A stretch of DNA of 64,000 nt from an uncultured Planctomycetaceae bacterium (GCA_963833985.1 CAWIAD010000002.1:2240001-2304000); one strand, 5' to 3'. Positions 54,201 to 62,843 are shown, numbered from the stretch's first letter. Made by a program: numbers and translations. Notes: generated by a model not told the origin, from the letters alone.

Positions 54201-55320
54201 TGCCCGTGCCGTGGGCCTCCACCAGCTCGATCGACCGTGGCGATACGCCGGCCAGCTCGTACGCCTGACGCAACGCCTTCACCTGCCCGGCAGCGCTCGG
54301 CGCGTAAACGGCCTGGCCCTTGCCGTCGCTCGATGTCCCCATCGACCGGATCACCGCGTAGATGCGGTCGCCGTCGCGGCGGGCGTCGGCCAGCCGCTTC
54401 AGCACCATGATCCCCAGGCCCTCGCCCAGCGTCGTGCCGTCGGCCGAGGCGTCGAACGGCCGGGCGTCGCCGGAGGGGGACAGCGCGGGCGTCTTGCTGA
54501 AGCACATGTACATGAAAATGTCATTGAACGTATCTAGCCCTCCGGAGACGGCAAGGTCGCAGCGTCCGGCGGCCAGCTCGAGCATGGCCAGGTTCACCGC
54601 GCCAAGCGAGCTGGCGCAGGCGGCGTCGACAACGCAGTTGGTGCCCCCCAGGTCCAGGCGATTGGCGATCCGGCCGGCGGCCACATTCCCCAGCAGGCCG
54701 GGAAACGAGCTCTCCTGCCAGCCGACGTACGAATCGGCGATGCGGCGGACGACGTTTTCGGTCGTTGCCTCATCGACACCCTCTGCTTCCAGGGCGCGGC
54801 GCCAGATGGGGTGCCCCAGCCTGGCACCCAGGGGAATGACCAGCTCGAGGGTTCCGGTCACCCCCAGGATCACGCTCACGCGGTCTCGCGCATGCTCGCG
54901 GTTGGGGCCATACCCGGCGTCGTTCAGGGCGTCGCGGGCCACCAGCAGTCCCAGAAGCTGCGTCGTGTCGGTCGCGTCCACGGTGTGTGGGGCGATGCCG
55001 AAATCGAGCAGCGGAAAATCGACCGGTGTCAGGAAACCGCCCCGCCGCGCATAGGTCCGGTCGGCGGCCTTGGGGTCGTTGTGCCAGTAGTCCTCGGGCC
55101 GCCAGTGGGTCGGCGGAATCTCCGTGATGGCATCCACACGGTTACGGATATTCAACCAGAAGCGGGCCAGGTCGTCGGCCATGGGGAACATGCAGCCCAT
55201 TCCGATGATGGCCACCGGAACGGGTTGCGGGGAATCGGCTTCAGTCAAGTCAGTTCCCTTTCGAGCGTCGCAGCGGGCAGGATGATGGCGTGGACCCTGG
55301 GACGTTATCGGTTCGCGCAA
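48241..55320 (-). CDS. pfaA: PUFA synthase PfaA: KS-MAT-3xACP-KR-DH (start uncertain)
   Basis: DAACASS, HGTGT, GHTKAAAG, FPGQGSQ, GHSFG, AFHS, three EKTGYP..LGIDSIKRVEI ACPs, SGGARGIT, YAAAN, HVIDG..LP. Confidence 0.93.
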   Translation of the reverse strand: MREPITSQGPRHHPARCDARKGTDLTEADSPQPVPVAIIGMGCMFPMADDLARFWLNIRNRVDAITEIPPTHWRPEDYWHNDPKAADRTYARRGGFLTPVDFPLLDFGIAPHTVDATDTTQLLGLLVARDALNDAGYGPNREHARDRVSVILGVTGTLELVIPLGARLGHPIWRRALEAEGVDEATTENVVRRIADSYVGWQESSFPGLLGNVAAGRIANRLDLGGTNCVVDAACASSLGAVNLAMLELAAGRCDLAVSGGLDTFNDIFMYMCFSKTPALSPSGDARPFDASADGTTLGEGLGIMVLKRLADARRDGDRIYAVIRSMGTSSDGKGQAVYAPSAAGQVKALRQAYELAGVSPRSIELVEAHGTGTRVGDAIELEALEQVYRQAGAGGPWCALGSVKSQVGHTKAAAGAAGLIKAALALHHKVLPPTIKVEQPIESLASGTSPFYVNASSRPWLPGGGHPRRAAVSAFGFGGSNFHCLLEEAGPEPAAIDWGGDVQILAYSDADPVRLAERLPRWKDEPQWSTVRQEAAQSRGSFRAEHGFRVLVVCRRGGLKPARLMAAAAEKLEQVAHGRTRPATTGDLRGTGLDGAAARSVSMGSGPQRGALAMLFPGQGSQAVGMFCDLACRFPHMQDALALWNGLAGDGEPRLSDLIYPPSCFRDDDRRRQHEMLRDTRFAQPALGAVSVGLWRILEDFGVRPALVGGHSFGELTALHAAGRLDAEALARLSRRRGALMAGCAGDGDPGAMLAVLAPLEQVARLIEEYALDVVVANKNAPAQCVLAGPSAEMARAATLLGDAGVRTTPLAVSAAFHSRLVARAEAGLRDFLTSIEVKPGTLPVMSNSTAAPYPADPEAARDLLAGQLARPVEFVAQVEAMYQMGAHTFLEVGPGTRLTGLVRSILDGREHHAIAVQGSAGDGEDEDLIGLALALARLAALGFPVKLSRWDDALPAPASPPAARRKSLTVKVSGAHPTPSRTARTALATTATGPRGVPEVTAPSTGERPAAAARDRAPKILATAAQPQHADGHHHAGEPVSFERTMKPSELNMQSDGNGKPASGSTAARATAAAVPARATATAAHFEPMPASGQTALGLALRQTQDNLLALQRLAEQTAQLHRQFLEGQAATQQTFQSLLERQHRLTATMLGQSAAFPSSPPEPAAPAVLAGRDLAVAPPLKLTEAKDHRGALEAVNGRAHSQGAEAAMHGPASGPDRPAPHAQPHVVPALLEVVAEKTGYPVEMLELDMLLDDDLGIDSIKRVEILSAIQDRLPDAPLVGPEQLGTLRTLRQIAGFLDHPQPAHAATAAFTSATSSPSRNGDQHTMDHAAHCTAVLLEVVAEKTGYPAEMLELDMMLDDDLGIDSIKRVEILSAIQDRLPDAPLVGPEQLGTLRTLRQIAGFLDHPQPAHAATAAFTSATSSPSRNGDQHTMDHAAHCTAVLLEVVAEKTGYPAEMLELDMMLDDDLGIDSIKRVEILSAIQDRLPDAPLVGPEQLGTLRTLRQIAGFLDHPTGTPSVPAEEGRAAQAPEPAPAAAAPASAPAAGPVHATLECLVPHARPLADPHRRERLALPPGSLLWLVDDRSPLTPALVHRLTGLGHEVQVIDHDAATPAPADNLAGMILLAPPSAAGVDLVKHAFRLIRTAGPALRRQAERGGAVLMTVSRLDGLLGLNGLAGSINPVSGALAGLTKTASHEWPEVHCKAVDLDASFQSPEAADRLVTELFSGGPVEVGLTARSTYGVELVPHVRPQREETPPPGLREGDVVVISGGARGITAEAALELARSSRPRLVLLGRTPEPGEEPAWLAGLPSEAAIRRAILEHAEKPCPPQAVNEHLRLILSQREIRGNLKRIAEAGAEVSYHAVDVRDREAVHGLLAAVCRQAGPVRGLVHGAGVLADRRIEDLTDSQFAQVFDTKVDGLWSLMEAVDPQQLRFLAVFSSSTARFGRTGQAAYAAANEWLNKFAQKLARELSSCRVVAFNWGPWDGGMVTAALKPMFEREGLGLIPPGDGARLLVHEIQKGAELPVELVVLARAASEPDAASARTHGHGHSPTAAPALEPRPTTHLEPVFERRIDMDALPVLRDHVIDGHAVLPMALILEWLAETAAHRHPGLVVQSVENVKLHKGVVLRDQRAVTVSLRADKGQPRGNASILATVELRGMLGSGREITHARGSVMLAAQYPAGERLICETRLAPTATEHAEIYRRVLFHGPAMQAIQRIDGWNDGLIAGWAATSPPPAAWIERPLRRSWITDPLAIDAAFQLVVLWTREHLGSNSLPTAIGAYRQFRKAFPAQGVRVLASVRDHSRHRAVADIELVDAEGKLVARIEGYECVIDSALNHAFRRNRLSQLETASS
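50777..51622 (-). repeat. Near-identical 318-bp tandem repeats encoding ACP plus linker (~2.7 copies)
   Basis: GGATGGTCGAGGAATCCGGCG recurs with 318-bp period; only a few substitutions between copies. Confidence 0.92.
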
Positions 55321-55331
55321 GAGCCCCTATC

Positions 55332-56966
55332 CTAAGCAGTTCGCGAGCTCTTCTCAATGTTCGCGCGATCCAGGGGGGCCAGTCGCGGCCTCCCAGGCGG
55401 CAGGGCCACACCCTGGGCCGCCAGCATCCGGGCTCGCGTCAGCACGGCCGCACCATGAAGAATATTCAGCGCGACGACCACCACCCGGCGGTTCTCCGGC
55501 TGCTCGAGGAACGAGCCACGCACCCAATCATTGAAGGCCGCCATCGCTGGACCGCACCAGATCTGGTAGTCCAGGTTCCGCCCCGGCTCGCCCGCATTGG
55601 CCCACCGCGAGGACTGACCCAGGTACCAGCGGAAAATCAGTGCCATCTTGTGTTTCGGATCACGCTCGCCGCGCTCGATCTGGCTCGGATCGCGGTTGGC
55701 GAAGAAGGCGCGGGTCTGTTCCCAGATCACGTCCAGGGGCGCACGGAAGAGCGTTTTTTCAAGCATCGCCCGGTCGGACTCGGGTAGCTGCTCCAGGCGC
55801 TCGTGGCTGCGGTACAGCTCGTACAGCTTCGCGGCCCGCATGGCGAACATGGTTCCACGCTTGAGCACCTGGACCTTCACACCCATCTCGAACATGTCGG
55901 CCGCCGGAGCCATGGCAATATCCGCCTGCTGGGCCCTGGCGAGCATCTGCCGCACGGCGTCCGAGGTGCCGGCCTCGGCGCACGCCTGGTTGACCGAGCC
56001 GGTCACCAGGTACGAGGCGCCCATCGCCAGAGCCGCCGCCGCCGACCACGGCGTCGAGATCCCGCCGGCCGCTCCCACTCGCAACGAGCAATCATAATTG
56101 TATTGTGCTTGCATGCGGTCACGCAGGGCGATCATGGTGGGCATGAGCACGATGGCCGGCTGGTTATCGGTATGGCCGCCGGAGTCGGCCTCGGCGGTCA
56201 GGTCTTCCGCCATCGGGATGCGGGCGGCCCAGCCGGCCTGCTCGGGAGTGATGTCGCCCCGGTGCACCAGCTCCTGGAGCGTGCGCTCCGGCGGAGGCGC
56301 CAGGAACTTGCTGGCGACCTCGACCCGGGATACCTTGGCGATGACCCGGTTGGGCGCCACGACCTGTCCCTGTCCGTTGCGCTGGATGCCGCTCACGCGG
56401 TACCTCACCAGCGGCAGGGTGAGATCGAGGTAGGCCGAAGCTTCGACCAGTCGAATTCCCCGGCGCAGGTAAAGATCGACGATCGCCGCCTCGTGCGCCG
56501 ATTCCTGAGGACTATGGATCAGGTTGAAGCCGAACGGATAGCGGCCGCCCGAGCCGCGGACGACGCGGTCAATGGCGTGGTCGACGGCGGCAACCGAGAG
56601 CCCGGCCGCTCCGAAGATCCCCAGCATCCCGCCCTTACCCATCGCCTCGACGACCTCGACCGAGGCAATTCCGTTGGCCATGGCACCGGCCATGCAGGCC
56701 AGCCTCGTCCCGTGCGCGGCGCGAAACGAGGGATCGCCCAGTTGTTCCAGCGGACAGGCTGGAACAAAGGCGACAAGATGCTCAAGGTCCAGGGCCGACG
56801 CGGCCGCCAGCGGCCCCATCACCAGATCGGCGGCGCCCCCGCGGTTCACGACCAGAAACGGATCGGCCACCGCGCCGATGGCACGGTCGATGGATTGGTA
56901 AAACTCATCGCTCGAGTGCAGCTCCACAGTCGCGCTCCGCCTACAAACGCCGCGACGCACGGACAC
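55332..56966 (-). CDS. pfaD: PUFA synthase enoyl reductase PfaD (start uncertain)
   Basis: GAMANGIAS, EASAY, AKVSRVEVA, EADSGGHTD, GSVNQ, MAPAADMFEMGVKVQVLKRG, YQIWCGPAM. Confidence 0.93.
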   Translation of the reverse strand: MSVRRGVCRRSATVELHSSDEFYQSIDRAIGAVADPFLVVNRGGAADLVMGPLAAASALDLEHLVAFVPACPLEQLGDPSFRAAHGTRLACMAGAMANGIASVEVVEAMGKGGMLGIFGAAGLSVAAVDHAIDRVVRGSGGRYPFGFNLIHSPQESAHEAAIVDLYLRRGIRLVEASAYLDLTLPLVRYRVSGIQRNGQGQVVAPNRVIAKVSRVEVASKFLAPPPERTLQELVHRGDITPEQAGWAARIPMAEDLTAEADSGGHTDNQPAIVLMPTMIALRDRMQAQYNYDCSLRVGAAGGISTPWSAAAALAMGASYLVTGSVNQACAEAGTSDAVRQMLARAQQADIAMAPAADMFEMGVKVQVLKRGTMFAMRAAKLYELYRSHERLEQLPESDRAMLEKTLFRAPLDVIWEQTRAFFANRDPSQIERGERDPKHKMALIFRWYLGQSSRWANAGEPGRNLDYQIWCGPAMAAFNDWVRGSFLEQPENRRVVVVALNILHGAAVLTRARMLAAQGVALPPGRPRLAPLDRANIEKSSRTA

Positions 56967-57222
56967 GCGGCACCGGGGTGTGCACCGGGTGCACTCTTAC
57001 GCACTCCGGGAATGAGCAGATATACCAGCCGCAAGCTTCTCCGGACAGGGGCTTCAGCTTTCATGCGTTGCGAAACCCGTGGCTCGCCGACCCCTTTCTG
57101 GATCCCGGACGTGAGGGGCAAACCCCTTTCTGATAACATCCTCGGGAATTCCTGAGCGCACTGGCCGGACGTGAGATCACGACCTCCAGCCGATGCCGAC
57201 CGCTATAATCTCTGTGCGCCAC

Positions 57223-57279
57223 GAGGCCGCCGGAATTGTGATCGCGCGGCCGGTGTCCGCTTACGAGATCGGGGAGTAA
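57223..57279 (+). pseudogene. C-terminal remnant of a BrnT/DUF4258-like toxin
   Basis: EAAGIVIARPVSAYEIGE* ending 3 bp before the HTH gene; matches the tail of the 31516-31788 toxin. Confidence 0.55.
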
Positions 57280-57282
57280 TCC

Positions 57283-57693
57283 ATGGATAATGTAATCCCG
57301 ATCCATCACGGCCAACGCCCGCGGGGGCAACTGGCGGACGCCGCACTGACCCCGGAGCAACACGCCGCAATCGAGGCGCGTCGTGCCGACCGACCGACCC
57401 TCGCGTACCAGGAGGAACTGGTCCGTGACATCGAGGCGTATCAACAGGAATATCCGCCAGGTGGCGATCCGGAATTGAGCGCGGCCCTTGACGGCCTCCG
57501 TCGAGTACGCGAACAACAGGGTCTGAGCCTGACCGATATGTCCCGGCGGACGGGTATGGACCGTGCCACGATCAGCAAGCTGGAAACAGGCAGGATTGCG
57601 AATCCGACGGTCGCTACGCTGCGAAACTATGCAAGGGCTCTCGGACGCAAGTTAACGTGGACGCTGGAAGAGGCCGAAGTCGGGAAACCGTGA
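57283..57693 (+). CDS. XRE-family HTH protein, putative antitoxin
   Basis: LRRVREQQGLSLTDMSRRTGMDRATISKLETGRIANPTVATLRNYARALG. Confidence 0.87.
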   Translation: MDNVIPIHHGQRPRGQLADAALTPEQHAAIEARRADRPTLAYQEELVRDIEAYQQEYPPGGDPELSAALDGLRRVREQQGLSLTDMSRRTGMDRATISKLETGRIANPTVATLRNYARALGRKLTWTLEEAEVGKP

Positions 57694-57785
57694 GACCGCG
57701 CCTTCGCTCATTCCGCCGACCTCGCCCTCGGAAGCCTGGCTTCCACCGCGCCCGGCTGAAGTTCCGAGGGCGGAGGTCATCAATC

Positions 57786-58979
57786 CTACTTCCCGGTCGT
57801 CGTCGCCAGCCTCATCGGTCCAACCTCGAGGTCCGAGCCATTTGGTAATGGCGGGAACTTGGCGTGCGGCTCGGTCTGGTACCAGAAGGCCACCGAGGCC
57901 ACGTCGTCTTCCAGCGGCAGATAGCACCCGCCCGACTGCCAGCCCAGGGCTTGAATGTCCACCTTCAGGTCAGTCTGGAACCGGATCGGGTCGGCAATGT
58001 GCCAGCGATAGAGGCCGAACCGCTGGCCCGGCTTGTAGATGATCTCCGGCGGCAGCACCTGCGCCAGGCCGCTGTAGGGCGTGCTGAAGGTCTGGTAGCG
58101 GTGCGTCTCCTGGTTCTCGAAGTTGTACGAGCCGCAGAAATAATCTTCGGTACCGGTGCCGCAGATGGTCGGAAACTCGCGGTCCCCATCCATGTAAAAC
58201 TTGATCTCGCCTTCGCCCCACCAGCCGGGACTGCGCACCTCCCAGGCCAGGTAGGTGCCCACGTAGTGCCCCTTGCCCTGCACGCCGTCAAGGATCGTGT
58301 ACATCGTCTTCGGCGAGAGCTTGTGCACCCGGCGGAACTGGGCGTGGAAGTAAGCGGCGTCGGCCGGTACCTCGGTGAGCGTGTAGTTCACCTGGTAGTA
58401 CAGCGTCATGTCCTTCGCGTCCAGGTTCTCGAGCGTGATCTTCGCCTTCTTGCGGAAGGGCATGTTCCAGTAGGAATTGAAGGCGCTGCCGGGGTTCACG
58501 CACACTGGCAGGGAATTGATCTGGCAGTACTTGCCCCAGCCGCAGGCAAAGAAGTCGCCCATGGGAACCTCCACGGAGGCGTCAGCCTCGCCGTCCCAGT
58601 AAAAACGGACGATGAACTGGCGCGTCTTGTCGATCGGGGCGGGCGTCATCCAGATTTGCTGGATGGCACCAGGACCGTCGATGTCGGCGATGGTGAATGT
58701 GCTCTTCGCCTTGATGCGCACCGAGGGCGAAACTTTCCAGGTGCGGCCCAGGTCGCGCGCGGCGCTGGCCCCGGTGCCCTCGGTCGCCATGCCGCCCTTG
58801 CCCTTTTCACCGTGGAAGTTTTCCGGGCTGATCGACCGTGATTGCGCGTCGGAGAGCCGCGAAAGATTGCCAAGGTTCACGTTCAGGCCGTCGAACCGGC
58901 CGGTCGCGGTCTGGGCTCTGAGAGTGCATGCACTACCGGTCAAGATGGCAAGGCTTGCGCAGAAAAAACGCCAGCGCAT
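57786..58979 (-). CDS. Secreted DUF2961 / GH172 glycoside hydrolase
   Basis: Signal peptide; SRSISPENFHGEKGKGG, GPGAIQQIW, GDFF, WWGEGE, GTGTEDYF, YRWHIADP, SVAFWYQ. Confidence 0.88.
   Translation of the reverse strand: MRWRFFCASLAILTGSACTLRAQTATGRFDGLNVNLGNLSRLSDAQSRSISPENFHGEKGKGGMATEGTGASAARDLGRTWKVSPSVRIKAKSTFTIADIDGPGAIQQIWMTPAPIDKTRQFIVRFYWDGEADASVEVPMGDFFACGWGKYCQINSLPVCVNPGSAFNSYWNMPFRKKAKITLENLDAKDMTLYYQVNYTLTEVPADAAYFHAQFRRVHKLSPKTMYTILDGVQGKGHYVGTYLAWEVRSPGWWGEGEIKFYMDGDREFPTICGTGTEDYFCGSYNFENQETHRYQTFSTPYSGLAQVLPPEIIYKPGQRFGLYRWHIADPIRFQTDLKVDIQALGWQSGGCYLPLEDDVASVAFWYQTEPHAKFPPLPNGSDLEVGPMRLATTTGK
58741..58904. repeat. 164-bp direct repeat, copy 1 (inside GH172 5' region)
   Basis: Matches 60041-60204 with 9 mismatches counted by eye. 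Confidence 0.92.
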
Positions 58980-59262
58980 CGAGTTCTCCCTTCGTGGGCC
59001 AACAAAATACCTTCCGGGCCCCGTGACCTCCGGGGCTCTCATCGTCCGGCAGAATAGACGGTCGGCCGCCTCTTCCGCCAGCGGGTTGAGCATTTGCGTT
59101 GCCACCGGGGGCCTGAGACGGCAAGGCGTGGTCGCAGAGTCATGAACGGGGGTCCGGCTTGTTTCTCGGCAAGGTGGTCAGGACCAAAGCGGCACCGCTC
59201 GAATATGAAGCACATTCCCCGTTGCGCTCGACGCGGCCTGCGATCACGTTCCTGTCCCGGTG

Positions 59263-59686
59263 TCACGTTCCTGGCAGAAGGGTGAGCGGGCGGTTTCGTT
59301 TCAGGCGGATGACTGAAAAATCCCGGCGATCGGTGGTAAACACGGTGCGGATGTTCTCGCGCTCGGCGAGGTATCCGAGGGCGGCGTCGGCAAATTGCAG
59401 CCTGGCGTCCTCATAGCGCCGCATGATGGTGGCGATGGCGGGCAAGTCGTCCGCATCCAGCCGGAAGCAGGGCAAAGAGACCGCCCGCGAACGCGTCGAA
59501 AAGTTGATAGAGGCTCAAGGGCCTGCCGCGGAGCAGCCACGCTGCCTCGGCGATGACTGGCCAGCACGTGAAGAGCGGCGCGCGCAAGGTTTTCAAGGTG
59601 TCGGCGCAGCGCTGGTGGTGGGCGTCGTCTTTCCAGAAGAGAGCAACCAGCGAACCGGTGTCGATCAGCACGCGATGGTCAGTCAC
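59263..59686 (-). CDS. vapC: VapC/PIN toxin, frameshifted near 59465
   Basis: VLIDTGSLVAL..DAHH, TCWPVIAEA, LQFADAAL, VFTTDRRDF. Confidence 0.82.
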
Positions 59687-59924
59687 GCCCGAAGCCTTCC
59701 ATGTGCCGGGGGTTGGTGCTCAGGTCGGCGGGCAGCCCCTGGGCCGAACCGAGGATTCCGAGGCGACTGGCAATGTCGTAGGCCGATTCGCCGGGCGTCC
59801 GCCGGCGCATATGCTCCTCCAGCGCCTCGGGGACGACGGCCGAGGGACTGACGCCTTTCTCCCTGGCTTCGATTTCCAGTTCTTTCTTGAGCCGTTCGTC
59901 GACCCTGACGTTGATGCGTTCCAT
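59679..59924 (-). CDS. CopG/RHH antitoxin
   Basis: MERINVRVDERLKKEL..SPSAVV, DLSTNPRHMEGFG; overlaps the vapC start. Confidence 0.82.
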   Translation of the reverse strand: MERINVRVDERLKKELEIEAREKGVSPSAVVPEALEEHMRRRTPGESAYDIASRLGILGSAQGLPADLSTNPRHMEGFGRD

Positions 59925-60040
59925 ACTTGCCCCCGTTGCTCGTTATCTGTCAGACATCATAATACGCCAGTGAGACAAACACAAGTCTGCGCGGCTGCGC
60001 GAGCCGGTTGCCCTGTTCGTAAGTCCTTTTGAGTTCGCGA

Positions 60041-60204
60041 GTGCGGCCCAGGTCGCGCGCGGCGCTGGCCCCGGTGCCCTCGGTCGCCATGCCGCCCTTG
60101 CCCTTCTCACCGTGGAAGTTTTCCGGGCTGATCGACCGTGATTGGGCGTTCGAAAGCCGCGACAGGTTGCCGAGGTTCATGTTCAGGCCGTCGAACCGGC
60201 CGGT
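60041..60204 (-). pseudogene. 164-bp direct repeat, copy 2: orphan GH172 5' fragment
   Basis: Encodes TGRFDGLNMNLGNLSRLSNAQSRSISPEN...DLGRT, then homology stops abruptly. Confidence 0.88.
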
Positions 60205-60436
60205 GGGGACAGAATCGAAACGGAGACGCGGTGAGCTGGATGAGACTTGCAACCGAAACGGAGGCGCAACGAGCTTGTCACAGCTCGGCATCGGCGCCCC
60301 GATCGAAGTGCGACCCGTTCTGGCACTCAGCGAGAAAACCTTATCCCATCTCAATGAATGCCTGCGTGCATCCAGATAGACGGCTCGACAATACCAGACC
60401 GCCGTGATATGCTGAAAACAAATGAAAAACTATATC

Positions 60437-60684
60437 ATGACCATACATTCGCCACCCAGTTCGAGCGGTTCGTCCTTGACCAGGTCGTCGCCGGGCATTA
60501 TCGCTCCGAGGACGACGTCATCCGCGATGCCCTGGAGCAGCTCCGCAGGCACGTTCCGAGCAGCACACCCGGCCCTGGCTCCATTGGAGCGATGCACGCG
60601 GACGCCGACCTGCTGGAACAGGTCACCCAGGACATCATGGAAAGCCGTCGCACGCGGACGCTCAGGCGCGCGCTGGATGAATAA
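60437..60684 (+). pseudogene. ParD-like/RHH antitoxin, frameshifted near the start
   Basis: MTIH../QFERFVLDQVVAGHYRSEDDVIRDAL. Confidence 0.7.
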
Positions 60685-61097
60685 GGCCCTGCTCAACACG
60701 GATATGGATTCCGAGGTGCTCCGGGCCGTTAACGCCACCCTCACTGCCAGTGCCCGCACCGACCGCCAGGCCTATCGCCGCCTTACCCTTTCCGTCATCA
60801 CCGTCATGGAGATGGTCAAGGGCTTGCAGAAAGTGCAACGGCCTCAAAAGATCGCCCGACCTGCTCACCTATGTCGCCAGCGAGGAGATGCTGGAGTTCG
60901 GCCGGTCCGCCGCCGAGATGGCCGGACGCATACGGGGCGATCTCGAACGAACAGGCCAGCCCATCGGCCTGGCCGATCCGATGATCGCCGCCATCGCCCT
61001 GGTGCACGGCCTGGAACTGGTAACCGGCAACACGGTCCATTAGCAGCGTATCCAGCAGTTCGGATATCCGCGGACGCTCGTGAACTGGCGGGTTTGA
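60677..61097 (+). pseudogene. vapC: VapC/PIN toxin pseudogene
   Basis: LLNTD (first Asp changed), frameshift near 60855, IGLADPMIAAIA..LVTGN, premature TAG at 61041-61043. Confidence 0.8.
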
Positions 61098-61271
61098 TCC
61101 CGGTCAGTACGGAATTCAGAAATACGCCCAACTTGAAGAATTGCGGAAATCTGTAATCACAGAAACATGGAAATCAGTCGGCCCAACTCAGCCAGGCCAA
61201 CCATCTGAACCAGATGCTTTGTCACGGTGAAACCGGCACGGCTCTTCTCCGTTTCCTTTCCGGTTCTGCAT

Positions 61272-62843
61272 CTATTGCAGGCGCCTGATGAGTTTTTGAG
61301 CGGCGACGCGGCCGGATTCCGCGCCACCGTTCATGTAACCCTGCCAGTCCAGGCTCGTGTGCTCGCCGGCGAAGTAGATGCGGTCAACGGTCTGCGGCTC
61401 GGCGCCGCGGATCGACGTCCACTGGCCGGGATAATAGCCGGCGTAGCTTGCGAGGACGAACGGGTTGGAGGGCCAGTAAGCCCGCAGCGCCGTGCCGAGC
61501 CACTGCGCGGTGACGCCGGGAAAGACGTCTTCGAGGCCGGGCAGCAGCCGGTTCGCCTGATCCAGGGCTGAGCCGGGCTGGAGCGCCAGTGCCTGGTCGC
61601 CGCCCGGGTAGATCGTGTACGCGCCGCTGGGGGCAGGCTGCTCGCGGCTGCTGTCCCAGCCGGATTGGTAGGGAAGATCCGCATAGGAGTCGCCATCATA
61701 GCCCAGCGCGCGCCAGACGCGGCTTTGAAAGCCGAGGATGAGCTTGGCGTCAACGCCGTAGCCAAGCTGGTTGATCGCCTTCCGCTTGATGGGCGGCAGC
61801 TCCACATGGATCTCCACCTGGCGGAGGATGGAAAAAGGAATGGCCAGCACGACGAAGTCGGCGGTTGCCGTGGTGGTCGCTCCCGAGCCGTTCTGGAACG
61901 TCAGCACATACGCACCGTCGGAGCGCCGGCCGAGCGCGACGAGCCGCTGGCCGAGCTGAATACGGTCGGGAACCTGGGCGGCCAGGGCGCCGACGATCTG
62001 CTGGTTCCCGCCCAGGACCTTGTAGCGCTGGTCGCTGGTTCCGTAGATCTGGAAACCGTTTGAGGTATCGGTGCCGATCGTCAGGACGAAGTTGAGGCTC
62101 GACTGATCGTCGAGGTTGAGCCCGAACTCGTTGACGTAAGCGGCCTCGAGAATCTCATACAGCCAGTCGGCCGAGAGGTTCTGCATGAGATACGCCGAGA
62201 GCGGCGTGCGATCGAGGTGAACGTCAAAGGGCGTATGATGTTCATAGGTGATCAGGCCGCTCAGGCGCGCGACGTCGTTCTCGACGATCGTGGCCAGATT
62301 CTGAAACGCGGCAACGACCTCGGCGTTGGACCAGAGCTTGCCCTGGGCGTAATAGGCGATCTGGAGGCCGGCCTCGCTGGGGGCCCCGGTGTCGATGAGG
62401 CCAAAGCCGAAGGCGGACGCGAGGCCGAGCATGTCGGCGTGGTCGCTGTCGATGAACTCGCCGCCGAGCTCGGTATAGACCTGCGGGGCGACGCTGCCGT
62501 ACGCAGTCTGGATCCGGCCGCCGATGTGGTCGGAGCCCTCGTAGAGAGTGACGTGGAACCCCGCCTGCGAGAGCAGGTATGTGGCGTTCAAGCCCGCGAT
62601 CCCGGCGCCGACAACGGCGATGCGGGCGCTGCGCTGCCCGGCGCGTGCCGGACTGGCCGTGTACGCCCCCAGCACACCTGCCGCCGTTCCGGCCACAAAC
62701 CGGCGACGGCTGAGTGATCGAGCCTCACCCCGCGGCACGGGCGAATGGAGAGAAGCAGCCGACGCGGCACGATTCGCCCGCCGGGCCTCCCGATAGGCGC
62801 GTTGAAGAGCGGCAAAGAGCGGTGTTCGCCCGGCTCGAAGCAT
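61272..62843 (-). CDS. Flavin monoamine oxidase-family protein with twin-arginine motif
   Basis: SRRRFV, VVGAGIAGL, GGRI, ELGGEFID, FAGEHT..GYMNGGAESG. Confidence 0.9.
   Translation of the reverse strand: MLRAGRTPLFAALQRAYREARRANRAASAASLHSPVPRGEARSLSRRRFVAGTAAGVLGAYTASPARAGQRSARIAVVGAGIAGLNATYLLSQAGFHVTLYEGSDHIGGRIQTAYGSVAPQVYTELGGEFIDSDHADMLGLASAFGFGLIDTGAPSEAGLQIAYYAQGKLWSNAEVVAAFQNLATIVENDVARLSGLITYEHHTPFDVHLDRTPLSAYLMQNLSADWLYEILEAAYVNEFGLNLDDQSSLNFVLTIGTDTSNGFQIYGTSDQRYKVLGGNQQIVGALAAQVPDRIQLGQRLVALGRRSDGAYVLTFQNGSGATTTATADFVVLAIPFSILRQVEIHVELPPIKRKAINQLGYGVDAKLILGFQSRVWRALGYDGDSYADLPYQSGWDSSREQPAPSGAYTIYPGGDQALALQPGSALDQANRLLPGLEDVFPGVTAQWLGTALRAYWPSNPFVLASYAGYYPGQWTSIRGAEPQTVDRIYFAGEHTSLDWQGYMNGGAESGRVAAQKLIRRLQ

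Noticed and set aside
58741..60204. Repeat pair as a diversity-generating retroelement TR/VR
   Set aside because: Mismatches are not adenine-specific on either strand, and no reverse transcriptase is present
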